Source: Rhynchobatus australiae
Lineage: Eukaryota
DNA: 64,000 nt
Assembly (NCBI GenBank): GCA_034780895.1
Contig: JAUZTB010000080.1
Location: 7,655,347-7,719,346 of the forward strand
Direction: 5' to 3'
In this document: positions 51,236 through 64,000 of the stretch, one piece after another
Layout: every line of letters starts with the position of its first letter
How positions within the stretch are numbered: position 1 is the stretch's first letter
The notes under the pieces: model-generated
Told to the model about the DNA's origin: nothing
The model's input: the letters and a program-made list of their open reading frames with translations, nothing else
The model's database searches: none
Program-made: the position numbers and the translations under genes

Positions 51236-53039
51236 AAGAGGCCAAACCACCCACTTATTTTATTTTTGGTTAGTCTTGGATTTAATAAGCACTTTAAAAC
51301 TAGCTCTACTCAGGCATTTGTCCCAACTTCTTATTTTGCTCAATGACATTAACAAACTGAATTTTGAAAGATGCATTCAACAAGGGTATTATCATCATTT
51401 CTCCTGACCAATAGGGAATACCTCAGCAAGAAAAGATTTTCGTTATTTTGACAGAATTAAACTAACGCAAGTTTATGTCCACTATTCCACAGCGGGAAAG
51501 ATTATTTTGCAAAGTAAATCTTCAGCATGCCAAGTATCAGCCATTTTAATTGCATAAAAAAGTTTGATCAAGACATTTTGCAAACCACTGCTCAGCATTT
51601 TTTTTAAATCCAAAATGGCATAGCTGTTAAATTAGATATAGTTTGCGAAGATATACTGAATATTTAATTAGTTCCAGACTAATAGTCAATTAATGCTCAA
51701 TGACATCAATAGTTTTAAATACCAAATAAAGTGAAATCCAAAAGCGACCTCTAGTAACAACACTTCATGTCAGAATACAGTCATTTCAATAAGACCCTGA
51801 CAACTGAATGTGCATTATAGAGACTCCAAACAAGATTGCTAAACTTCACAAACATATCTGTTCTTTTAAAGAGTGAATACTTAAAAGGAACATCAGACTC
51901 TCACGTGAAACAAAGATTAAAACTACAAATTAACTTGGTAGTTTCCTTTTCATTTTACAAGTTGCATGTGTCACTCACAAGATGAGTATTTTATTACTTA
52001 TTCCTGTGTGATTTTAAGAGGGTTGCTGTAAGCCATCTTCTTGAACCACTTCTGATGAAGGTATTCTCCATGCTGTTGGTAAGGGAGTTCCCGTGATTTT
52101 GACTTGGTAGTGAAGAAACAGCAATACATTTCCAAGGCATTACACTCCTCAATTTTTCTGATTTTGAACTACTCAGAATTTGCCTTCCCACCCCTATCTC
52201 GCAGTGGGGTTAATGGGAGGGAAGGGATGTAATGAAAAAGATAAATGCCCAATGTCAGAAAGAGAATTAAATAAGGAAAATTTAAAAAACTTAAGTGTGT
52301 TGAGCACCTCATGGCAATTATCGCAATACAATACTGCAACCTTAAATGGCTAATGGGTTCCATTCAACAAGTCATTTTTACACAACATTCATTGCTTATC
52401 CATGAATTCAATACTTTAAGAATGCATCTGCAGGCACTTCACATCATGCATTGCTTATAACAGATTAACAGAAAACAGATACACTGTCCAGAGATACAGG
52501 ACATCACATAGGGAAAAAAGCCCTGCAAATAAAACACCTCAGAGGACTAACTCTCTTGGAACAGATACTACAAACATATGAAGACACTCTAGTTCCTTAA
52601 ATCATGATAGGGAGGCCAACATCCCAAAGAGTATGCATTGCAACATGTTCTATGACTGACACTGCCCCACATAAATTTTCAATACTTCTTACAGTCCCCA
52701 AATATATAAAATGATGCACGTGTTGGAATGTTCAATCCCTATATCATAGTGAAGAAGTACTTAAATAACTACAAGCAGCAAAACTGCCAGAACTCATGAA
52801 TCTGACGCCCTGGAGGCAGTTTTTAAAATAGGTCTTTAGGGCATTAATCTCAGAAATTCCCACCAGTTGCCAAAAAGTTCACAAAAACAATGGATATGGG
52901 TCTCACAATACAAGAGCATCTATAGTTAATTTTAAGACTGGTGCAGAAAAGACAAACTATTAAAGATGGAAATGCTACAGTACTCTAAACCAGCAACAAG
53001 TTTGTAATGCTGAAGGAATATTCCTGAAACAGAACTTAA

Positions 53040-53560
53040 CCTTCACATATGCTATTAGCAAGTTGTAAATTATGTCCCCATATCCCTTTCATCCTCATTA
53101 AACTCCTCTTAAATAGTTCAATGTTACCTGCTTCAATTCTATTCTCAGAGAATTGTACATTCTCACCATATTGTGTAAAGAAATTCCCCTAAATTTTAAT
53201 AAAGGCAATCTCATGGTTTAAACCCATGATTAGGACTGACAAATAAAATATTTTGGCCACACCATATCATAGTTTTGAATGTTAGATCTCCTCTCAAATT
53301 TTACTAAGACCTGTATTTTAATTGTCGTCTTGTCCTCCTGAACCTTCTCTGCAAGGTCTCCAGTGCTTCAGAATAGCATATTAGTACTTGAAGTGTAATC
53401 TTACCAAAATTCTATATAAAATTAATATTTAATTAGAGTCACCACAGAAATAGGCCCTTCAGCCCAACTCGTCCAAGCTGCCTTCCTGGGCTAGTCCCAT
53501 TTTACCAGAGTTTGGCTTATATCCCTCTAAAACTTTGGTATCCACGTAACTATGCAAATC
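53040..53560 (-). mobile_element. CR1 3' fragments (two overlapping copies)
   Basis: CCATATCCCTT...ATTCTCACCATATTGTGTAAAGAAATTCCCC; second tail CACAGAAATAGGCCCTTCAGCCCAACTCGTCCA. Confidence 0.65.
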
Positions 53561-53967
53561 TCCACTCCTCCAGAAAGGAGCCCAAATCTTCTGCTTGCAA
53601 TTTTTGTTATTCCTAGATTCTTATCATTCCTCCAAACCATTTAGTTTCTCTTCTTCCAAGATCTCTTTATCCTTCCAACCAAAAAGGAAATGCAANNNNN
53701 NNNNNNNNNNNNNNNNNNNNNNNNNNNNNNNNNNNNNNNNNNNNNNNNNNNNNNNNNNNNNNNNNNNNNNNNNNNNNNNNNNNNNNNNNNNNNNNNNNNN
53801 NNNNNNNNNNNNNNNNNNNNNNNNNNNNNNNNNNNNNNNNNNNNNNNNNNNNNNNNNNNNNNNNNNNNNNNNNNNNNNNNNNNNNNNNNNNNNNNNNNNN
53901 NNNNNNNNNNNNNNNNNNNNNNNNNNNNNNNNNNNNNNNNNNNNNNNNNNNNNNNNNNNNNNNNNNA

Positions 53968-54515
53968 AATGCAAACCAAACACAGACTAGGTGACCATTT
54001 TTCAGAATACCTGTGCTCTGTAACCACCACCTACATCTTCCCATTGTCAGTCACTAATATGACAGTCCTTGGCCTCCTCCACTGCCAGAATTCCAAACAC
54101 AAACTGGATGAACAGCACCTCATTTTCCATCTTGGAACCTTGCAGCCTAACAGCATGAATATTGAATTCTCCCACTTTAGGTCCACCACCCTCCCCCACC
54201 CTGCTTCTTTTCTTCTTCCCATTCCTAGCCATTTTTCCCCCTCTCTTACCACCTTTTACCCATCCCCAGTTGATCTGCTCTCCCCTCCTCCCCCACACCT
54301 GTCTATTACTATCTCTTACCTGCATCTATCACCACTTCACCTCCTATCTATTGGGCTCCTTTCATCCACCTATCACTGCTCTGCTTTTCCCTCCTATCTA
54401 TTGGGCTTCCCCTTTTCCTATCTTCAGTCTTGAAGAAGGGTCCTGACCCAAAACATTGACAGCCTTTTCTCCACAGATGCTGCCTGGCCTGCTGAGTTCT
54501 TCCAGCATCATGTTT
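53968..54515 (+). mobile_element. Penelope-like element 3' end: GIY-YIG C-terminus, UTR and terminal repeat
   Basis: ORF track QTKHRLGDHFSEYL...MTVLGLLHCQN..KLDEQHLIFHLGTLQPNSMNIEF matches the PLE GIY-YIG pattern TKRRLGDRFAEHL...E..LIF.LGTL.P.G.N. Confidence 0.85.
54425..54462 (+). ncRNA. decayed minimal type-I hammerhead ribozyme motif in a PLE terminus
   Basis: stem I CAGTC / core TTGAAGA / stem II A-GGGTC-CT-GACCC / AAAAC-ATT / GACAG; core deviations C>T and G>A suggest it is inactive. Confidence 0.6.
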
Positions 54516-54744
54516 CTCTTCAAAAAGGAAAAACCTCACTTTGATAGAAAATTAATTTACTACTTATCTGGTGACTGCAAGCTTGGACACCGCTTATTTG
54601 AGTACTATACTCCACATTCTTAGCTACTCATTCTAAATGTTAAAATTTGCAAATGTTATCAGACTATTTTTCCAACAGTGATTTAACAGAATCATTATAA
54701 ATTACAGGAGTTGGCCATTTAGCCATTGTACTTGCTCCCAAAGG

Positions 54745-55070
54745 CAGCAAAATTCCAGGCACCTGGGTTTGATCCTGAACTTGGGTGCTGCCAGTTGGCA
54801 TTTACATATTCTTTCCATGGTCACATTGGTTTCCTCCAAGAGCACAGGTTTCTTCTCACATTTCAAAAGTGGTGCTAGTTGTTTAACTGGCCAGTGTAAA
54901 ATACTCCTTAATGTAGGTTAATGGCAGAGAATCAAAGAAGAATTGAGGAACATGTGAGAGACAGAAAGTTGCAGAGGTACAGGGAAAGAGGTTAATGAGA
55001 TTGCACCCTTGGAAGCCAGCATGAACACAAAAGGGCTGATTGGCTTCCTTCTGCATTGTGTAATTCAGTA
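54745..55070 (+). mobile_element. HE1-like V-SINE with CR1 tail
   Basis: B-box-like CCTGGGTTTGATCCTG, V-domain GGTTTCCTCC...GGTTTCTTCTCACAT and tail AAGGGCTGATTGGCTTCCTTCTG. Confidence 0.7.
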
Positions 55071-55074
55071 AGAT

Positions 55075-56720
55075 AGTGGCTAATCATTTAGATCAGCATC
55101 ATCTTTCTGTGCAACCATATATCCACAGACTTTTAGTAACAAGGGGAACCAATCAACCTCTGTCTTGATTATACTCAAGTGACAGAACCTCAGAGCCCTC
55201 TTGGGTAGAAAATTCTATTGCCTTTGGGTGAAGAATTTTTTTCCTCAGCTATCCTGAATAGACAATTCTTTACTTTGAAGCTATGACCAACAAGTTCCAG
55301 ACAACCAAGCCAAGAAAAAAAAACACCAATTCCACATTTACCCTGTCAGGACCATAAAGAATTTTGCACATTTCAGTGAGATTACTTGCATTCTAATTCA
55401 AGAGCATACAGACCCAATTTGATTAATCTCTCCATATACAACAAACTTGCCATCCCAGAAATCAATCTGGTAAACCTCCACTGCACTTTATCTCTTGTAG
55501 CATGGAAACAGACCCCTCAGCCCAGCTTGTCCACACCAACTATCAGGCACCCATCTACACTAATTCCATTGTTCCTCTCACATTCCCATCAACCCTTTCC
55601 CCACCACCCATTAACCTACTCATCAACACATTTTTGGCAAGTGAGGAAACTGAACTTAAGGAAACCTACATAGGTCTTCCTTCCTTGGGCAGGGATACCA
55701 AACCAATACAAAATATTCCAAATGCAGGCTCACCAGTTCCCTATGCAATGAAGTATACCATCTCTACTCTTGCTCACAAATCCACCTACAATAAAGGGTT
55801 GTTACCATTTACCCTCTTATTTGCTTGCTGGACCTCCCTGGTGACTTTCTGCTATTCATGTACAATGACATTCGGGTCCCTCTGAACACCATCAGCTTTC
55901 AATCCCTCAGCCAAACCACTCATATAGATTCTGAACTGCTGGGATCCCACCACCAATTACCGATGGACCCCAGTAGTCACAGCCTCCCAATCCAAATATG
56001 GCCAGTTTACTACTCCTCTGCTTTTTGCCTACCAGTCTTCAATCCATTGTGTAACCCTGAACCTCACATGGTCTAATTTTGTTTAACAACCTTGCAATAT
56101 TGGAGATCCTATGAAAATACACTATTGGTTTAAAAAGGCATTGGTTACCCTGATTTATTCTGCTAATTACAACCTCAGAAAACTGATAAGATTTGTTTTC
56201 TCTTTCATAAATCCATGTAGAAACTATTAGAATGGGACAGTCAAAGCATCCTGTTACCATTTCCTTTATAATAGATTCCAGTATTTTCCCTTTTACCGAT
56301 TAGAAATACCACAACAGAGCCAATTAGCTAATTTTATTTCCCAGGTCTCAGTTCATCGCCCTGTAGGTCACTTCTCATAGGGATACCTTTTAAAAGCAGT
56401 TAAAAAATTTCTGAATCCCTCACCCTCAGAAAGCAAGTTCCGGATAAGCACTGTTTTCTGGTTGACATCCACCACCCTCAAAACACAATTCCCTTCACAT
56501 CTTTCTACCCAATTATATTCTTCTATTTAATGCCCTTGACCTGCAAAAATGTGTACACCTCAAATAAGTCTCCCCTCAGCTTCCTCTATTCCAAAGAAAG
56601 TAACCTTAGCCACACCAATCCCTTCCCATAACATTTCCAGTCTTATCATTTTTTAAAATTCTGCTCTATCTTTACAGCTATTAAAGATATTCACCAGCCA
56701 AGCTTTAACTTTGCAGCCAT
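55075..56720 (-). mobile_element. decayed CR1 relics, with a nested SINE fragment at about 55490-55675
   Basis: reverse CR1 blocks GGGTGAAGAATTTTTTCCTCA, GAAATCAATCTGGTAAACCTCCACTGCAC, GGGATCCCAC and TCCCCTCAGCTTCCTCTATTCCAAAGAAA. Confidence 0.7.
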
Positions 56721-57074
56721 ATTTTAATCCATTTTGCTATCTGCGCCCTAATACCAAGTGCCCCCATCTTAATGTTATCCTCTCTGGAGACTTATTGAAG
56801 GCCTTCCAAAAGCTATGCATGCACATGCGCCTTGTTCTTAGTGAATTCTTTCTAGAATCAATAGGCTGGCTAAACAGTAATCCCTCTAAAAATACTCATT
56901 TATAATAACTTGCCTCCCTAGGTTTATGTTATCTAATATTTTAACAAGGATTTTTAGTGTGATGTCAGTGATGGGTAAGATATTAACTGATTTATAGTTT
57001 ATGCCCTTTCCCACACTGCCCAAATTTTTTTCATTAAAAATAGTGAGAATGAATTAACTATTTTCATTATACAC

Positions 57075-57510
57075 CAGATTGATTCCTGGGAATAGAATGA
57101 TTGTCTCAAAGAGATTAAGCAGTCTGAACATGCGCTCTCGAGTTTAGAAAGGCCAAGAAGCAGTGATCTCACTAAAACTTACAAGACTCTTAACTGAGCT
57201 TGGGAGGACAGATACAATTATGTTTCTCCTGGCTGGGTATCTAGAACCAGGGCTCCAAGTCTCAAAATAAGAGGCTGGCTATTCTGGACAGATGAGAAGA
57301 AACTCCTTCACTCAGGGACAGTGAATCTTCTCTACCCAGGATTGCTCTGGAGGTTCAATAATTGAACATATTCAAGACTGATTTACACACCTTTGTGAAC
57401 TAAAAGATATGGATCAGTATAGGTCAGTGACACTGTGTAGTAAGTTTAGCCATGACTTACTGAATGACAGAGCAAACATGAAGGGCTGAATGGCCTACTC
57501 CTGCTTCTAC
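57075..57510 (+). mobile_element. CR1 3' end
   Basis: ACCAGATTGATTCCTGGGAT-like start, TCTAGAACCAGGG, GATGAGAAGAAACTCCTTCACTCAG and tail GAAGGGCTGAATGGCCTACTCCTGCTTCTA. Confidence 0.85.
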
Positions 57511-58194
57511 TAGGATTGATGTCCAATGACTACAATATGACACAAGGATATTGGGCAACTGATGAATCCTACTATCAAATAGCCTACTCCAAAAGCACCT
57601 GAAATTCTTCAGACTCACTAGTTCAAACCGGACAAAGTTGTCAACTTTTGTGACTTTCACTGGTTCATCAGCTTATGTTATTTCTTCTCTTTATGATCCC
57701 TTGATCTCATAGTACTATTCAGGTCACACTAAGAACTGATCATGACTGCACAATTCACAATCATGTTTGATCTGCAATCCAGAATCTAAGCAATAAACTA
57801 CAGAAGTAGAGTATCAGGACAATGTAACAGCTAACCAGAGAGCATAACAACAGGACCAACCCCACTATGTATAAAAGCAGCAAAAAGAAACTACCATGAC
57901 CAATCAAAATGGGAAAAGCTATCAAGGAAAAGATGACTGGCAAGGACACAGGCATATCTGATATTGACACTGGAACAAGCTTGAGGTATCTGCCTTCTGC
58001 ACAAGGACATAGTGCATATTCAATTTCCGGCAGCAATCAGAAATTGTTGCATTCTTGAAGCTGTGAAATGATCTCTTAAACTTGAAGCATATTTGGCTTA
58101 TCTCATTGCTTTTCCATCTCTGAAGGCTTTATGAACATCTCATCCCAAATCAACTCTGAAATTAAAACACTGTATCCTAGAGAAATAGTCAAAG

Positions 58195-58390
58195 AGCAAA
58201 AATTGTAGATGTTGGAAATCTGAAATAAAAAGGAAATAATTCAGTCAAGTAGTAGATGCAGAGAAACAAAAAGTGAATGTAACAGTTCATTGGCTTTTCA
58301 TTAGAATGATAATGAAATAATTCATTTTCTCTCGCTCTCTCCCCCCCACAGATTTCGCCCAACCTCTGAATATCTCCTGCATTTTCCATT
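58195..58390. mobile_element. fold-back element of inverted PLE termini (old)
   Basis: TGTAGATGTTGGAAATCTGAAATAAAA...GAGAAACA on the left, TCTCTCCC...ACAGATT...GAATATCTCCTGCATTTTC on the right; minus-strand CTAATGAAAAGCC is a hammerhead-core remnant. Confidence 0.55.
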
Positions 58391-59199
58391 TACTTTTTTT
58401 TGTGGAACCCCTGAGTAAGCTGGTCTCCATGTGGGCAAATCACACACTGGATTGGTACTGAATCTCACTGAAGATGATTAAAGAAATGCCTTATCATTGG
58501 TGTCACTTCTGATGACCACTGATTGTTTTAATGTTATTCACTGAACACAGATTTGTAAAAACTAAGTGCCAAGAATGATTGAAATCCACTGCTACCATGT
58601 TAAATGTGGAGGGAAATGTCAGAATGCAGCTGGCAGCAACGTCAGAACAGAAAACTAGAAGAAAATGGATTGGCATTCATCATTTTTATCATTTACAGAA
58701 ATAGTCAACCAATCCATCCAAACACAAGTAACTTGGTGATTCTAATGAGAGCAGAGGTCTCAGCCAGGGATAGCACACTCTCTGCTGCATTAATCATGTT
58801 GACATGTATTTTTGCCACCAATCAACTTCAACCAAATCCAACCATAATACAGGTTAGTCATGTAAAGATTTTATTGAACAAAACAAGTTTATCTCTGTAA
58901 TCCCAGGCTGTACATTCAAGACCCACAGAGAATATGAAAGAGCCTCTGAAACTACATCACTTGCAAACTTGTAAAATCAAAACTGGGACAGCACCCNNNN
59001 NNNNNNNNNNNNNNNNNNNNNNNNTATCATAGCAAGAATTTTGCACTGGCATATTTAAAACTACTTCCATGCAAAGAAAATACATTGTTGAATAACAATG
59101 TGATATATTTACCTTAAATCAACCAGAAGACACCATATGACTAATCACTCTGAAGATTACAAATGAAAAAGTCAATCAACACCAAACTTGCAACCACTC

Positions 59200-59400
59200 A
59201 TGGGAGCTCCAAATTGGAGGATTCAGTTCTAGGATCATCATGGACATCAGGCTAACTGTCCAGCATCCTGCAGGGGCAGAATTGGGATGGATCACTGGAA
59301 GGCCTTAACTCACTTCTACACCCAAAGTCTCCAACTCAACATGCCATAGCACAATGGGAATACTCCCCTTCATGTGACACACACAGCTGGGGCAACAAGT
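59200..59400 (+). mobile_element. L2/Crack-like LINE ORF2 remnant
   Basis: ACTCACTTCTACACCCAAAGTCTC...GGAATACTCCCCTT resembles the HLLTPQSL...EYSPL motif. Confidence 0.4.
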
Positions 59401-61249
59401 AAATCACATCTTATTGCCCAATTATGCTCTTGCAAGGTGCAAAACTTATGTGAACTTGCAAGGACTGAAATGTGCTCAACACTGGAAAGAAATCTATCAA
59501 TTAGAGTTGTAATTGTAATACTGAAAAAAGATACTGAAAAGGTGCCTGATCACTTCTCAACGGCATTAAACTGTACATCAAGTAAATATGGTGACTGCCA
59601 AAAGAGAGAGCAAGATCACTAACATATTTATCAACATTGAGACATTATCCACCAGTGCTGAGAACATGATGTATGGTTTCAAATAACAATGACTCAGGAG
59701 CAACAACGTTTTGCCCAGGGATGACCTAAAAAGATTTAAAGTTACTGAATACAAATCTATCCAGTGCCAAGAACTGTAAAACAAATTTCATTAAATTATT
59801 AACTTTCAAACAGAACTTTAATTCATCCATTATGTATACATTTTCTTTAATTTTATATTATACATATTCCTGTGGCAACCAGTTTCCAAATAATACACAG
59901 GAAGCAAAGAAGAAATAGATATTCAATAAACCAAGATCACACCATCTGTACATGGCACATGATTGTTTTTTTTGAATCCCAAACTCTACTTCACAATAGC
60001 CAAATTCAAAACAGTTGTAAAGTCAGTTCTAACAACTCAAACTGCAATGAGACTACTTAAAAACAAAGAAAATGATGTGAAGCTCCAGTAAACTGCTTAC
60101 AAGCAGTTTCTAAAAATTATGGCAATATCCAAATTGTAGTACAGGGGTTTGTTATGCCAGATTTCATTTAAAGTTAGAATTTCCAACAAATGTGTTAGTC
60201 CCCATGGAATCAGCTTTCAAAGCAAAGCGCAATTCATGTTAGCTTCAGGTACCTCTTCACATGAAGAGACCTCTAAGACTTTATACATCTCATTCAAAAG
60301 ATAAATTTCAACCACTGAAATTTTTCACTACGGATCTGCTTCATGGAGTCCAGTAGAATATTTTCACACCATTTTCACAAAGCAGTCAAAAGAAAAAAAA
60401 ACTGCACTATAGCATATGATGTGTTACAAAGAAAGCCTCAAGCAAGTGAATCTTTGAGTATAGTGAGGAAAAAAAGGAAGCAATCNNNNNNNNNNNNNNN
60501 NNNNNNNNNNNNNNNNNNNNNNNNNNNNNNNNNNNNNNNNNNNNNNNNNNNNNNNNNNNNNNNNNNNNNNNNNNNNNNNNNNNNNNNNNNNNNNNNNNNN
60601 NNNNNNNNNNNNNNNNNNNNNNNNNNNNNNNNNNNNNNNNNNNNNNNNNNNNNNNNNNNNNNNNNNNNNNNNNNNNNNNNNNNNNNNNNNNNNNNNNNNN
60701 NNNNNNNNNNNNNNNNNNNNNNNNNNNNNNNNNNNNNNNNNNNNNNNNNNNNNNNNNNNNNNNNNNNNNNNNCATTGCTAAACATCACCATAATGGTGGT
60801 TTATTCAGCAATGGTGACAGCAAGCATATCCATAAATAACATATTGGCTTAAATGCAGTTTCTGCACGTGTGCCAACATCATTGAGCAATAGTTGTCAGC
60901 AGTTGCTTGCATTGTAATGTCCTTTATAGAGAAAGAACATTAGAAAGGCAGTAATATGCATCCTCCAGTATTTACATCGCTAATGGAATTCCCTGTGCCA
61001 GAATACAAATATTGGATATCTACCTGAGGCAGCAGCACTCATTCCTCATGAAATACTGCTGTCAACCTACGGAGGGAAACCTGGGAACAGCAACATTAAA
61101 GACCATCTCAACCTTGATAGTCATGTGCTCGCACTCTCATTTCTCTGTAATCAAGAGCAGAGTTTTCCATCAGCCCATCATCCAAAATGAAAAAAAACAA
61201 ATATCAAGCTATGTCAAATCAGATGTAAAAGGGAGGAAGAGAAGATTTG

Positions 61250-62270
61250 GATAAGGTGAGCAGACCAAGACAAAAGGGAATATTTCAGTCAAGGGAAATT
61301 CAAAAATATGAGCTAAAAAGTATGAAAAGTTATGGGTTCCTTTGAACTTAAAGACATGACCTAGAGAAGGTCTTAAAGTACAGAAAGTTGCAAATTCTGA
61401 TGACACTGAAGAACTGTCCTATGATATCAGACATGACAGGTCTCTCACATCATCATATTTGCTCAAAGTAAAACACAAGTTTGAGGAGGTCTGTAAAGAG
61501 ATATAGGCAGGATAAGCAAATGGTCAAGGTGGTGGTAGGTGGAGTCTAAGGAGGCAAAACAGATTTTTAAATTTTTTTTTAAACAAAAAGAATAAAGTTG
61601 TGAGAAGCTATGTGTTCAGAGGATTGCTGCTGTCCTTTATATAACAAGAATAATATGCATGAACCACAAAATTAGGTAAGCAAATGGCACATTGGCCTTC
61701 ATTGCAAAGAAACCAGCGGAAAGACTAAAGTATGAGAATACAGATGCATTGTTTCACCTGTATAGGATTTTCGCAAGACCATTCTTGGAGAACCATGCGT
61801 AATTTTGGCTTCCATTTCAAAGGATGATGCAACAAAAGGATCATTAGATATATTCCTGGAATGAGGCAATTGCCCTTTGAAGATGATGGGCATATACTTT
61901 GAAGAATGAGAAGTGACATCCATGAAACACCCGTTTCTAAAAATATTAATAGGATGAGTACAGCGCCCATTTCTCTTGGCTTTAAATAGGTAGTGTAATC
62001 TCAGGATTAGTCGTCAGCCATTTGGGACTGAGATGAGAAACTTATTCATAAGCATACGAATCTTTGGAATTCTTCACCAAGATGGTCCTGAAAATTGTTG
62101 TCAAATATATTGTAGACTGCTTCCAATTGTTTTTNNNNNNNNNNGGATTCTAAAGTAATCAAGGAATATGATAATCAGGCAGGATGAGGACTTTAAATAA
62201 AGGAACAGCCAGGATATCAAATGATAGAAAGTTAAAATTGCCAGGTGGTCTATTTCTTATTTTTCTATTG
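61250..62270 (+). mobile_element. decayed CR1 RT to 3' end
   Basis: AAAGTTGCAAATTCTGATGACAC (FADDT-like), GCAAATGGCACATTGGCCTTCATTGCAA, TTTTGGCTTCC and GGACTGAGATGAGAAAC. Confidence 0.8.
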
Positions 62271-64000
62271 TTAACAGGGTAGAACATGCCAAGTGTTGCA
62301 TTGAAGAGACAAAAAATTTTACACTGAGCCTTGTTGATGTTAAATGGGCAACAAAAAGGTTGGCAGGCAGATGGATTTCAAGAAACTTTACAAAAAAAGT
62401 GNNNNNNNNNNNNNNNNNNNNNNNNNNNNNNNNNNNNNTATTCTATTTTTAAAAAAACATTTTCTGCAAACTGGCACAGTAGCCTCATCACCCAGCTAAA
62501 TTTGAGAAGAATTCTAATGATTTTTTGCACTTAAACATTACCAATATGTAGGAGAAACTTACAAGAGTGCCTTCTACATCATGCATTCACAAATTATTTT
62601 TCAAAAGGTAACAGAGGCTTGCATTTTGTCCCTTAGAATGACATCACACAAAATCAGATCGTTCAGGTCTCGCGTCCAGATGCAAGTGCAACAGGCTTAT
62701 GGTGTTTTTGCCCAAACATCGTAACTAAAATAAGCAAGCTCGTTGGTATGACTGTAGATTCCCTGCTTGTTTCAGTTTCTGTCTGGGGCCATTCCCAGTC
62801 GTAATCCTGGAGTTTTCTTTGAAGTCTCCACACAGTAGCCTCTCACTTAGAGGGAGAATCACCCATTCTTCTTTCTCAGATGATGGGTAACCATGAATGC
62901 TCTTCTGAAAATTCAACCACTTAATTCAGCTGACACAAGGTATCATCAGTTTAGTCCCAGCAGACAGCACTGAAGATGTTGTAATCAACAACTACACCAG
63001 TAAAATAATCATGAACAAAGTTCACACTTCTACGACATTGTAGGCAGGTGCAAGAAGATTCACGCCAACATCAACAGATTAAAGCAAGTTGCCCCTTTTT
63101 TCTTCCTGATGAATGTTGCTAGACATAATAATTATGCAATTTCAGGTTCATTAGAATCTGGTATACTATCCAGCAAACCTTATGTGACTCCTTCACTTAA
63201 ATTGTTGGGATGTTGGTAATAATAGCAAGTTCATTGTTCATCTTTTGAGACTCTTTTTGCTCACCCAATTCATTGGAGTGAAGAACATATAACACATGCA
63301 TCACAATCATCTGTAGAGAAAACTGGAGAAAAAGGGGCTAACATTCATAAATGCTCACTGCGGTTCATCAGCCTTCAAGGTTCTTTTCTATTGCAAAACT
63401 GTGACCCAAATCCACAAATTTTCAGATTTAATTAATTCAATTTCATAACTTTCCTTTGTAATTGGTTACTAGACTTAAGTAGATCAATACAAGTTAATAT
63501 TTATATATTTAGCCCATTAAGAAATCATTTAGAATGTGTGACAAACATTATGTTATTTTTTATGAAGATAGTCAAAGAATATTCAGTGAAAGAACTGTTG
63601 TAAACAGCAATTCCACTAGTATCTGTGGAATCAGCCGATTGCATTTGAGGGGTGAATTCCCATTAGAAATGTCATTCTTAGAAAACTTTCCCAGCCGCTA
63701 CCTCACCCAAGTATGATATGTTGTTTCAGATTTATAGCATTTTTAGCAATATTTGAAAAGCTTGACAGAAAAACAAAAAAATGGCTCAGTACTTTGATGT
63801 AGCCTTATTTCCCCAATGCTGCTAATTTGCAATCCCTAGGATTGCAGGCGACACTGAGAAAAAAAACCCCACTCTTCACAAGAAATGTCAGTCATACACC
63901 TTAAAGAGGCTACTATTGAAAAGCTCTGATAAATGTATAAAAAGATGTTAGACTTGATTGAATAAAGGAATTTTGTTTATTTGCTATCCGAGGTTTGTAT

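Noticed and set aside
54339-54415. Short direct duplication CCTCCTATCTATTGGGCT
   Set aside because: Local duplication inside the low-complexity PLE UTR; no functional signal
62725-62916. Purine-rich minus-strand ORF after a TTTTCAG acceptor-like site
   Set aside because: No recognisable protein similarity and no strong donor; cannot be supported
1-64000. CRISPR arrays, operons, tRNA/rRNA genes or other prokaryotic systems
   Set aside because: The sequence is vertebrate intronic DNA. Recurrent motifs are dispersed retroelement ends, not regularly spaced arrays, and tRNA-like boxes occur only in SINE heads

Overview
This is non-coding vertebrate genomic DNA. The repeat content points to a cartilaginous fish (shark or ray): HE1-like V-SINEs, SacSINE1/Deu-domain SINEs, CR1, RTE and Rex1/Babar LINEs, and Penelope-like element (PLE) ends. 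It comes from a gapped assembly with many N runs. The window looks like the large 5' introns of an unidentified host gene on the minus strand. No multi-exon CDS is recognisable, and nearly all listed ORFs are chance frames, gap-spanning artefacts or decayed retroelement fragments. Points of interest: (i) a repeat-poor block at about 45-53 kb with a candidate internal promoter (TATA, full CRE, GT/GC boxes), a dense YY1-motif cluster and a first exon encoding a Cys-rich 36-codon N-terminus or uORF (MADNCCGCF...); (ii) several candidate short non-coding exons; (iii) decayed minimal hammerhead-ribozyme motifs in PLE termini, and at least five short fold-back elements made of two inverted PLE termini; (iv) a near full-length RTE with its 5' half inverted; (v) a young solo-LTR-like insertion. 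Family assignments are by eye from remembered consensus motifs, and repeat boundaries are approximate.
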